Below the pieces are notes generated by a model. It ran no database searches, was not told the DNA's origin, and was given only the letters and a program-made list of their open reading frames with translations. Positions 55,484-64,000 of a stretch of DNA of 64,000 bases are shown here, in pieces. The stretch spans positions 124,001-188,000 of the forward strand of contig CAKKNE010000004.1 in NCBI GenBank assembly GCA_918797485.1. The letters run 5' to 3'. The translations under genes were made by a program, and so were the position numbers. The DNA is from Pelagomonas calceolata (lineage: Eukaryota). The stretch's first letter is position 1, and each line of letters opens with the position of its first letter.

Positions 55484-56506
55484 CTAACAGAGTCCCTGCA
55501 GGACGTTGAAGAAGTAGTTGCACTCGAGCCGGCCGTCGTCGTCCAGATCCGTGCAGTGCACGGCGTTCTTCACGGCGCCCTCGCCGTAGGTGGCCCGGAG
55601 CGACTTGGGCCGCACCGTCCGCGCGAGGAGCACGTCCGTCGGCCCGCAAAAGTCCCTGAAGTCGCCGGGCGCCGCCCGCACCTGCACCGCGAGGGTCGGG
55701 CCCTCTTTACAGTGTTGGGCGATGTCCTCCTGGCGGTTCCAGACGCCCGAGTACGGCGCGAAGAATTCCTGGCAAATTTTGCCGTCGAGCGTCACGAGTT
55801 GCAGGCCGGCGACGCCGAAGCCCGCGTCCATCGTGGCCTGGAGCACCTCGCCAAATCTTTTGTCGACGCCAATGTGGGGTTTGATGAGCATCAGCGAGCA
55901 GACCTCGTTATTGTCTAACGCGGCGGAGGCGGAGTTCGGCAGCTCGGAGAGCGCCTTGGCGTCGACGTCGACGGCCGTCGGCCGCGCGCCCGCCGCACTG
56001 ACGCAGCTCGCCAGGGCCGCGGCCGCCGCCGCGCTGCCCTCGCCGACTAAGTAGATGTCGGCGACGACCGCGACGCCCCCGTCCTCGATCGTCCCGAACA
56101 ATTCGGACGGCGCGTTCCTGGAAGCAATGGTTCGGATGCCTCTCAGGGCCGTGAAGCGCTTCTCCAGGGCCGAAATGAGCGCCGGCAGGCCGCTTTCGTC
56201 GGGCAGCACGCAGCAGCACGCCGAGGACGACGTGTTCGCGGCGGCCCAGTCGCGCGTGCCGACGTCCGCCGCGCAGACCACTTCCAAGGCCTTGCCGAAG
56301 ACGTCGACGGTGGAGCCGGGGAAGAGCCGAGATCGAGGCACGTCGGGGCACCAGATCCGCTTCATGATCGTCTTCGTTCTATCCTTGTTCAGGAGCTCGA
56401 TCGTGCCGTCGGCGAAGGAATTGAGGCGGATTTCGCGCGCGAGCTGGGCGCGCGCGTCGTAGGTCGTGCATTGGTAGGCGAGGATGTCGCGCGCGACGGC
56501 CGCCAT
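55484..56506 (-). CDS. NME7: Nucleoside diphosphate kinase 7-like (DM10 + NDK domains)
   Basis: N-terminal YDARAQL..DGTIEL..LFPGSTVDVFG (DM10); SLMLIKPH, FRDFCGP, RPKSLRATYG, KNAVHCTDL, LECNYFF. Confidence 0.85.
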   Translation of the reverse strand: MAAVARDILAYQCTTYDARAQLAREIRLNSFADGTIELLNKDRTKTIMKRIWCPDVPRSRLFPGSTVDVFGKALEVVCAADVGTRDWAAANTSSSACCCVLPDESGLPALISALEKRFTALRGIRTIASRNAPSELFGTIEDGGVAVVADIYLVGEGSAAAAAALASCVSAAGARPTAVDVDAKALSELPNSASAALDNNEVCSLMLIKPHIGVDKRFGEVLQATMDAGFGVAGLQLVTLDGKICQEFFAPYSGVWNRQEDIAQHCKEGPTLAVQVRAAPGDFRDFCGPTDVLLARTVRPKSLRATYGEGAVKNAVHCTDLDDDGRLECNYFFNVLQGLC

Positions 56507-56920
56507 TGTGTTCAGGGTTTAGCTCGGTTGTGGGGCACAAGCGTTATTTCCACAAGCGCGCCTGACAAAGGCTGCCCGACAACCGGGAGGTTGTTTGTGG
56601 AGAGCTGTACGCGGGCTGCGCGTGTGGCTCCTGGGCACGGCGCGCGGGCAGGCCGGCGGGCGCTGTTTCACAGGCCAACTTTTACCGCAGGCGGCCGGAT
56701 GTCGCCCGGACCGAGCGGTGTGGTTACGTGTCCCGTACTTCTACGACGAGTGCGAGCACGCTTCCTTGACGGGCATTCGACCCGAACCCGGACTGATTGC
56801 AAAATCGCCTCGCGCGTCGCATTTGGGCGCCCGGCTCTCTCGCCACAAATAGCGGGGCAGCGTCCACGTATTCTGAGTTGAGTGCTGCGCGCGGGCTGCA
56901 GTGTGCGAATTCGCTGAGCA

Positions 56921-57247
56921 ATGCCGACGCCCCACGAGCTGGAGGTGGCCAAGCGCCAGGACGTGTTGAGACGCCACGGCAACGACTTCTACGTTCAGGA
57001 GGTCGTGGAGCTCATGGACTCGGACGATACGGACGCCGGCGAGGAGGACCTGCCGCGCGACGAGCGCACGTCCGCTCGGAAGGCGCGCCGCGCCGAGGCT
57101 GCGCGCGCGCGGCGCGAGGCCGAGGCGAGGGCCGCCGTGGACCGCGAGCAGGGTCGGGGCGCCTATGACGTGCAGCAACAGGCGCAGGCGCATGCGCGGA
57201 CGGGCGCGGCTACGGCGACCGCGACCGCGGCGGACGAGCCCGATTAA
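56921..57247 (+). CDS. Small hypothetical protein
   Basis: 108-aa ATG ORF with genome-typical codon use. Confidence 0.4.
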   Translation: MPTPHELEVAKRQDVLRRHGNDFYVQEVVELMDSDDTDAGEEDLPRDERTSARKARRAEAARARREAEARAAVDREQGRGAYDVQQQAQAHARTGAATATATAADEPD

Positions 57248-57536
57248 CGTCCTTGTACTTAGTCCAATCAGTCACGTACATTCATTCATCGGGCCAAAGA
57301 CCCGTCGAACCACTGACAAATGGGCCCTGTAGCTAGCGGCCTAAGACACTAGCAAGCAAGCAAGCCAGCTCTAAGCAGCGAGAGAGAGAGAGCTCCTTTG
57401 GAGAGGAGCTAATTGCAGACCGCAAGCTCACGATTGCACGGTTGAACTCGACCAGGTTCGCCTTGCCTCGCATCGCCTTCAAAAGCTCTGCGAGCGCACA
57501 GCTACTAGTCAGCACTGCACATAAAAGCTACAGCTC

Positions 57537-58283
57537 ATGATGGCGAGACAAGCCGCACTCGTCGCTGCGCTCTGCGCCAGCACCGCCTGTGCACTCCTCG
57601 CACCGCCGCAGCGCGTCCGGTTCATGAGGCCGCTAAAGGCGGCCGGCCTCGACCCCTCGAGCCCACAAATGCAGGCCGAGTTCGAGAAGCTGAAGGACGC
57701 GTCGCGGGGCTTCGTCGAGAAGGAGCTCGAGCTGATGGGCATCCCGCACAGCGCCGACATGGACGACATGACGATCAAGCTGCGCCTCATGGAGGCGCGC
57801 ATCGTGATGGCCGCGCCGGCGGCCGCCGGCCCGGCGGCGAACGCGTCGCCCTACGAAAAGCTGGTCTTCGAGAAGCCCGCGATCAAGGCCTACGTGGACC
57901 GGCTCTACAACAAGGGCGACATCAATGGCGCGAACATCTTCATGGAGTACATCAACGACCCGCAGCAGGCCCAGAACCGCTACGGCAAGGAGGCGGACTA
58001 CCAGGCCGTCTTCGCTAAGGCGGATGAACTCATGGCCGCGCCGGCTTTCACGTCGGCGAAGCTCGCCTATTCGGGCTTTCCGATGATGGGCGAGGACGGG
58101 CTCCGCGGGCAAATGGAATCGATCGGCGCCGTCAAGGCCTTCTCCGTGACCGAAGAGGACCCCGTCACGGGCATGACCGGCACCGTCGAGTTCGAGGCCG
58201 AGGCCGACGCGAAGACCGCGGTCGAGAAGTGGGACGGCGCGGACATGGGCAACGACGTGATGCTCTCGCTGAAGTACCAGTAG
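57537..58283 (+). CDS. Plastid-targeted protein with C-terminal RRM-like domain
   Basis: Signal peptide; KLAYSGFP and TGTVEFEAEADAKTAVEKWDG (RNP2/RNP1-like). Confidence 0.65.
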   Translation: MMARQAALVAALCASTACALLAPPQRVRFMRPLKAAGLDPSSPQMQAEFEKLKDASRGFVEKELELMGIPHSADMDDMTIKLRLMEARIVMAAPAAAGPAANASPYEKLVFEKPAIKAYVDRLYNKGDINGANIFMEYINDPQQAQNRYGKEADYQAVFAKADELMAAPAFTSAKLAYSGFPMMGEDGLRGQMESIGAVKAFSVTEEDPVTGMTGTVEFEAEADAKTAVEKWDGADMGNDVMLSLKYQ

Positions 58284-58314
58284 AAGGCCATCTCGAAATA
58301 ACTATAGGTACTAC

Positions 58315-61134
58315 TTAATTCGCCTGGTAGAGCGCTCCGTAGAACTCCCAGGCGCACACGGGCAGCTCGTACGTGTTCTTCAGGTTCGGCCCGGCCACCC
58401 GCACGCGCAGGTAGCGCCAGCGCCGGCCCCGCGCGTCGACCTTTATCGTCTGGACACCCCACGGCGAGGTCAACGGCGGCGGCGGCTCGGTGTGCAGGTC
58501 GACCCACTCGTCCCGCGCCGCGTCGTAGCCCTCAAAGGCCCAGCTCAGCAGGTCGAAGCCGGCCTCGGACGCGCCGGAACACAGCGTGTAGTGCGTCGGG
58601 CTCAGGCGCCGGTTCCGGCCCAGGTCCAAGCAAATCCAGGCGTTGGGCTCGTTCTTGGTCCAGCACGGCTGCCGCTTGCGCGCCACCAGCAAGTCCTCGG
58701 CGCCCTTGGCCAGGCCGCTCGACGTGACGCGCACGCGCCCGCGGTCCATGGGGTTGACGAACTTTTCGCGCTGGCCCGACGTGCCCAGCCAGTAGATGAA
58801 GCCGCCGTTGTCGCCGTTGGACGTGAACGTAAAGGTTTCTAGCGGAGGCGTCTCCGGCGCGGGCGCCGCCTCGCGAGGCGCGCGCGGCACGCCGCTCCCG
58901 CCGTCGACGGCGGGCGGCGCCGCGGCGGCGAAGCTGCCGCGCTTGGCGCCGGGCGGCGGCACCGCGACGACGTCCGGCGCCACGCGCTGCAGCGCGTTGA
59001 GGGCCGCGGCGACGCGGCTCTTCTTCTGCCGCGTCTCCTCGCGCTCGCGGTCGATGGCCGGGTCCTGGACGAGCAGCCGGTGCGCCGCGCCCTCCTCGTT
59101 CGCAATGTCCAACAACGCCTTTTCGATGTCCTGGCCCAGCGCCGCGAGGAGGTGGTTCTCGAACAACATGCACACGTTCTCCGTGATGCGCTTCGCGGCG
59201 ACGCCCCAGTAGGCGATGAGCACGGTGCGCATGTCCTCGACCATGGACATGCTGGTCACGCCGTGGTTCGCCATGTACCACCGTCCGAGCTTGCCGAGGA
59301 CCATCTCCCGCAGCGGGTGCTGCGGCGGCCCCTCGTCCTGGGAGGGCTCTTCAGGAGGCGGCGGCGCTTCTTCTTCCGGCGGCGGCTCGACGGCGCCGTC
59401 GCCGCCGGTGGACGCGCCCAGGCCCCAGGAGGAGCTGGCGGGCGCGGGCGCCTCGGACTCGGGGCCCTCGGGCGGATGGTCGCCGCACTGATCGAGCACC
59501 GCCTGCAGCGCCGCGTCGAAGCGGTCGAAGCGCACCTTGAGGATGGCGTCGCCCAGTTCGTTCTTCGAGATGAACGGGTCCGCCTCGTGCTTGAACACGT
59601 CGTCGATTTTGGGGATCAACGCGTCGCCCGACTGGTAGAGGTAGTCCCCCACCGCCTGGCGCACGCACGCCGCCATGGCCGGGTACGTCGGGAAGGCGTC
59701 GTCCGCCAGGGCGATGCCCGCGTCGCGCGCGGCGTCGTACAGCTCCGCGCGCGCGTCCTCGATGACGGGCCGCCACATCTCGACGTGGCGCGCCATGAAG
59801 CCGTAGAAGAAGTACGAGTTCAGCAACCCGGGCAGCTCGCGGCCCCGCAGCGCCGCGAGCTCCTGGTGGAGCTTGTTCGTAAAGTCTCGCGCCTCAAAGT
59901 CCGGCTTGAGGGACGAGATCTCCGCCTCCAGATCCCGGAACACGCGGTCGGCGACCGCGCGCAGTCGCAGCTGCGACGAATCTTCGTCCGCGCGCGCGAG
60001 CCGCTCGTTCCGGTAGTCGCCGCGGGCCGACGCCATCAGCGTCGACGAGTAGTCGCCGAAGCGCCGCAGGATCTCCCGCGCCTTCTCGCCCTCCTCGGAC
60101 GGCGGCTGCGCGCCCAGCCGTATCAGATTCTTCTCCGCGGCGTTGAAGTGCTCCTGGAGCTCGTACTTGAGCTCGGGGAGGTGCGTCACGATGCGCTTCG
60201 TGAGGAGCGCCGTCAGCTTCGTCGTCAGGTTCGCGACGCCGAGTAACTTGGGGTCCATCGTGCGCCAGACCGGGTGGTTCCGGAAGAAGTCGCGCTCGGC
60301 GCGCTCCTGCTCGCGCGGCGTCGTCATCACGCCCTGCTTGAGCTCCCTGGCCGACCGGTTCTTGACCATGACGTACCCCAATTTGAGCGGTTTGCGCTCG
60401 TTCTTGAGGACCGCGACGACCTCGTCTTCGCCGCCGTCGCCGACCAAGTCGGGCTTGGTGAGCACGCCGATCGTGCGCGCGCCCGTGGGGTCGACGCGCA
60501 GCGCGCGCTCCAGAATGTCGACGGTGGCCACGTCCTGGTTCGCCGGCACGATCGCCAGTATGATGGTCCGTTCCTGAGCCAAGTACTTCTCGATCGTGCT
60601 ATTCACTTGCGTCACGACGGACATGTCCTGGCCGGCCGTGGCCGTCCGCACGATGCCGGGCAGGTCGATGATCGTGAGGTCCGGCACGTGCGGCGCGCGC
60701 ACCTCGACGACGATGCTGTCGGACGAGAACGTGCCCGATTCCCGGGTCAAGTGGGTGGTGCACACCTCGATGGCCTCGGTCAGCGCCGAGGGCGACGTGA
60801 CCTCCTTGGACACGTTCATGTCGCCGGCAAGCTCCTGGCCCGTCTGGCGCAGCACCTTGACGGACCCGCGCCACCGATCATCGCTACTTCGCTTCATCGT
60901 CAATTGGCACGGGCACCGCGTCACCAGCCCGGTGCCCCGCGGGAAGGGCACGCCGCTCAGCGCCTCCAGCACGGACGACTTGCCGCAGGACTGGTCGCCC
61001 ATGACGGCGATCTGCGGCAGCGGGACCTCCTTCTCGACGCCGAGGCGGCGCATCTCGTCGACGAGGTCGAGCATCGGCCTCACGTCCTTTTGGTTCTGGC
61101 GCGACAAGGCGCTGGCGTCCATGCTGGACATCAT
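58315..61134 (-). CDS. Mx-like dynamin GTPase with a C-terminal discoidin/galactose-binding-like domain
   Basis: LPQIAVMGDQSCGKSSVLE, GLVTRCP, DLPG, TKPD, RGRELPG, GED-like AYWGVAAKRITENV; C-terminal GFIYWLGT..FVNP, W..LDLG..L.PTHYTL, WEFYG. Confidence 0.9.
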   Translation of the reverse strand: MMSSMDASALSRQNQKDVRPMLDLVDEMRRLGVEKEVPLPQIAVMGDQSCGKSSVLEALSGVPFPRGTGLVTRCPCQLTMKRSSDDRWRGSVKVLRQTGQELAGDMNVSKEVTSPSALTEAIEVCTTHLTRESGTFSSDSIVVEVRAPHVPDLTIIDLPGIVRTATAGQDMSVVTQVNSTIEKYLAQERTIILAIVPANQDVATVDILERALRVDPTGARTIGVLTKPDLVGDGGEDEVVAVLKNERKPLKLGYVMVKNRSARELKQGVMTTPREQERAERDFFRNHPVWRTMDPKLLGVANLTTKLTALLTKRIVTHLPELKYELQEHFNAAEKNLIRLGAQPPSEEGEKAREILRRFGDYSSTLMASARGDYRNERLARADEDSSQLRLRAVADRVFRDLEAEISSLKPDFEARDFTNKLHQELAALRGRELPGLLNSYFFYGFMARHVEMWRPVIEDARAELYDAARDAGIALADDAFPTYPAMAACVRQAVGDYLYQSGDALIPKIDDVFKHEADPFISKNELGDAILKVRFDRFDAALQAVLDQCGDHPPEGPESEAPAPASSSWGLGASTGGDGAVEPPPEEEAPPPPEEPSQDEGPPQHPLREMVLGKLGRWYMANHGVTSMSMVEDMRTVLIAYWGVAAKRITENVCMLFENHLLAALGQDIEKALLDIANEEGAAHRLLVQDPAIDREREETRQKKSRVAAALNALQRVAPDVVAVPPPGAKRGSFAAAAPPAVDGGSGVPRAPREAAPAPETPPLETFTFTSNGDNGGFIYWLGTSGQREKFVNPMDRGRVRVTSSGLAKGAEDLLVARKRQPCWTKNEPNAWICLDLGRNRRLSPTHYTLCSGASEAGFDLLSWAFEGYDAARDEWVDLHTEPPPPLTSPWGVQTIKVDARGRRWRYLRVRVAGPNLKNTYELPVCAWEFYGALYQAN

Positions 61135-61554
61135 CTTTCTTGTTGGGTGTTTGGCGTTGCTTGCGCTGGCCGCTGCTCTCCGAGTCGCTTGGCTGGAGCG
61201 CAGCGCTCTCGCCGCGGGGCGCCCCCTCGGTGCTGCGCAGCGGCGCGAGGCAGCTGACTGCTGCAAAACGCGCTTAAGAGCCGCGAAACGGTACTCGTGT
61301 GCTCCTACAGCCTCGCGCCCAAGCCAGGGAAAAATGCTAGCGTGATGCAGACACACTAGCATGGGCGGAGCACCTCAAAACAGCGTGTCTTGCAGCGAAC
61401 GACTGGCTTTGGTATCAATTTTGTAGCTCCTGGATCGCCGGACTTGTGTGCGCGTACGTGAGGGGTGTTTTGGCACACTCACAGCATTGCTGCCACAGCT
61501 TGGTGCAAGTGCTGCCACTTTACAGCGCGCATACGCTCGACATCGAGATCAGAA

Positions 61555-62262
61555 ATGCGCGTCTTCCTCACAACAGCGTTCGCGATGACGACGGCCCTCG
61601 ACACCCGCTGGGACGCCGCGACGGCGCTGCTCGCCTCGACGGTGCCGGCGCGGCGTACGCGCGACCACCGCGCGAAACACGCCGTCGTGATCGGCGCCGT
61701 CGACGACCTCATTACTGCCGTGCAGCCGGACCGAGGGGGGCGCAAGCTCGTCTTTTTGGCGTCGGACGGCGCGCTCGTCGGCGAGCTCGGCCTCTCGGCG
61801 CATGAACCCGAGACGAGCCTGCTGCGCGGGGCGCGGGTCGACGTGACCGCGCGAGGACGAGGGCGGGCGGCGACCATGCTCGGTTTCTGGCTGCGACTCT
61901 GCCGCCTCGGCGATGTCGCGCCGACCACCTCGCGCATCAACAAGCCGCTGCTGGCACTCGCCCTCACATCTGCCGGCTTTGTGCCTCTTGAAGCCGACGA
62001 CGCATGCGTCTGCGACGTGGCGAGTGGCGACGACGGCGGCGTGAGCGTGGCGTTTGTCGACGGCGCGTATAGCTTTTCGGAGACGGAGCGCGAGTCGCAG
62101 CGCCTCTCCGTCGTCCCCGAACTAGTGAATGGCCGGCGCGTCACGCTGCACGCCAACTACGCGCCGCCTCCGAACTTTGGCCACGCGGCTGTAGAGTTGA
62201 GGGGAGACGGCGCCGATTGCCGGCGCTGGTTGACGGGGAAGCTATCGCTTTTTGTTGAGTAA
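61555..62262 (+). CDS. GNAT-like hypothetical protein
   Basis: LRGARVDVTARGRGRATML resembles the acetyl-CoA binding motif A. Confidence 0.5.
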   Translation: MRVFLTTAFAMTTALDTRWDAATALLASTVPARRTRDHRAKHAVVIGAVDDLITAVQPDRGGRKLVFLASDGALVGELGLSAHEPETSLLRGARVDVTARGRGRAATMLGFWLRLCRLGDVAPTTSRINKPLLALALTSAGFVPLEADDACVCDVASGDDGGVSVAFVDGAYSFSETERESQRLSVVPELVNGRRVTLHANYAPPPNFGHAAVELRGDGADCRRWLTGKLSLFVE

Positions 62263-62464
62263 TTGTATTTCTGTTGTAATTAGATCCACAATGATGTACT
62301 TTCCCTGAGCGTGGCTAGTGTCTTTACAGGTCGCTAGCGCGGATTTCACGATTAGGGCCATTCGTTTTTTGGGGCCAGGTCTCGCCTCATACGTGGGCTT
62401 CAGTGCTCACAGCAACGCAAACTGCGCTTATTTAGATACCCTGCTCATACCTCAGCCGCAAAAG

Positions 62465-64000
62465 ATGGCTCAGTACCACGTAGCCGTCGTGCTAGACACG
62501 GGTGCTGCCACAGCCATGCGATTGACAGATGCGGAAAGCGTGGCCAAACGCCTGCTGACGCGTTTTGCTGACGCGGGCCTCGAGACGGCACGCGTCAGTG
62601 GCGCTGATGACCGCTCGGTCATTCTCGTGCGCCTCCCCGACGCCGAGGCCGCACGCGTCGCTGAGGCGTACGGTGCTACGGCACCAATCGATGCCGCAGC
62701 CCTCCAGCGGCGCGCGGCGGCGAGCAGCACGTATTTCTGCGGCGACGCGTCTCTCGGCAAGACGCGGGGAGAACGGGGCTCGTGCCGCCGACTCCTCGGA
62801 TCTATCTTCGGTTTCGGCGGCGGCAAGGGCGCACGCAATCCGTACGCCTTTCTACACGCCCCCTACAAGGCTGCGCTCGCACCGCTCCTCGCGAGCGACG
62901 CGCTCGAAGACCCGCTGCGCGTGGCGCTCGCCTGGCGCGCGGCCGGCGCCGCGGCGGCGGTCGACGAAGGCAACGGTGCGCCGTGGGCAGGCCTGCCTTC
63001 GCTCGTCGCTCGCGGAGATGCCGTCGCAGCGTTCCCGCTGCACGACGAGGGACGGCGCGCGGCCTTGGCGGAGGCGGCGAAGGACGGCGTGCACACCGTG
63101 TGGAGCCGCTCCTACGGGCGCTTCGCGGAGCGGGACCTCGCGCGGTATTTTGGCTCGAGCGTCGCCTTTTACTTCTGCTGGCTCAGCCACTACGCGAGCT
63201 GGCTGCGCTACCTCGCCGCGGCGGGCCTGGCCCTGGTCGGCGTCGTCGCGTGCGCGCCGGCGGGCCCCGTGATCGCGTTCGCGCGGCTCGGAGCGGCCGC
63301 ATTCATGGCGGTATGGTGCGCGCTCCTCTGCCGGTCGTGGCACGCGCGCGAAGGTCGGCTCGCTCTACGCTGGGGCACGCTGGCGGCGGCGAAGCTCCGC
63401 GGCGTGCGGCCGCGCGCGACGCGAGCGGCGTTTCGCGGTGCCGCCGGCGCGCTCGACCCGGTCACCGGCCGCGCCGATCGGTCCTACTTCCCGGCCTCGG
63501 TACGCGCCCGGCGGCGCTTCGTCTCGCGGATCCGCCTCGCGTTTGACGTGTTGATCGCGCTATTGAACGTCGTATTCTGGAAGGCCGTGCACGTGCGCCT
63601 TCGCGCCGCTGGTCTGCCCGGAGTTATTGCCACGGTCGGAAACGCCGTCGCCGTTTTCTTCCTGAATGAACGAGCCATGGACACGGCGACGAGGCGCGCC
63701 GACGCGGAGAACCACGCCCTCGACGCCGACTACGACAGCGCCATCTTCGAGTACGTGCTGGCGTTTCGCGTGATCAACTCGTACGCCCAGATCTTCTATG
63801 TCGCGTTCGTCCAGCGCGCGCTCGAGGGCGGTTGCGGCCACCGCGACTGCTTCGCGGCCGTGGGCCACACGGCGGTCGTCTTCTTCGCCGTGCAGCTGAC
63901 GCTCGGGAATTTCCTCGAGCTCGGCCCGGCGACACGCGCGGCTGCGGCGGCGGCAGCGGCAGCGCCGAGCGGCGACGCCGCAGCCACCGCGGCTCGGCAA
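62465..64000 (+). CDS. Anoctamin/TMEM16 family protein (partial, runs off window end)
   Basis: Frame from ATG 62465, absent from the ORF track because it has no stop: AFPLHD, LARYFGSSVAFYFCWL..Y, ENH...DYDSAI...FRVINSYAQIFYVAF. Confidence 0.85.
   Translation, partial: MAQYHVAVVLDTGAATAMRLTDAESVAKRLLTRFADAGLETARVSGADDRSVILVRLPDAEAARVAEAYGATAPIDAAALQRRAAASSTYFCGDASLGKTRGERGSCRRLLGSIFGFGGGKGARNPYAFLHAPYKAALAPLLASDALEDPLRVALAWRAAGAAAAVDEGNGAPWAGLPSLVARGDAVAAFPLHDEGRRAALAEAAKDGVHTVWSRSYGRFAERDLARYFGSSVAFYFCWLSHYASWLRYLAAAGLALVGVVACAPAGPVIAFARLGAAAFMAVWCALLCRSWHAREGRLALRWGTLAAAKLRGVRPRATRAAFRGAAGALDPVTGRADRSYFPASVRARRRFVSRIRLAFDVLIALLNVVFWKAVHVRLRAAGLPGVIATVGNAVAVFFLNERAMDTATRRADAENHALDADYDSAIFEYVLAFRVINSYAQIFYVAFVQRALEGGCGHRDCFAAVGHTAVVFFAVQLTLGNFLELGPATRAAAAAAAAAPSGDAAATAARQ

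Overview
Gene-dense, GC-rich eukaryotic nuclear DNA, most consistent with a pelagophyte alga (Pelagomonas/Aureococcus-like). This is inferred from bipartite plastid-targeting N-termini, Tic22/IspG/plastid L12, short spliceosomal introns and introner elements. About 33 protein-coding genes are visible, including MnmE, P5CS, IspG, mTERF, a MYB factor, bestrophin, EF-1beta, SSADH, ASPM-like, COG3, RNase III, NME7, an Mx-like dynamin and an anoctamin. Four things stand out. (1) A predicted N-acylated protein fuses a RelA/SpoT-like nucleotidyltransferase domain to a complete FIST (NosP-type) sensor (11919-14479). (2) A ~750-bp interstitial block holds (CCCTAA)20, four telomere-like ~140-bp units with GGGCCC-TTC-GGGCCC hairpins and a hairpin-rich end, flanked by a possible 9-bp duplication (51152-51919). 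(3) A family of TIR-bearing introner elements (CTGTGTGGAAATCA...TGATTTCCACACAG, 8-bp TSD) takes its splice donor from the TSD, and a 14-bp core motif is shared by most introns. (4) A ~24-bp bipartite motif GCTAGCG..GTAAGACACTAGC occurs about 15 times, always ~130-300 bp upstream of a start codon. All family calls rest on motif recognition by eye; no searches were run.
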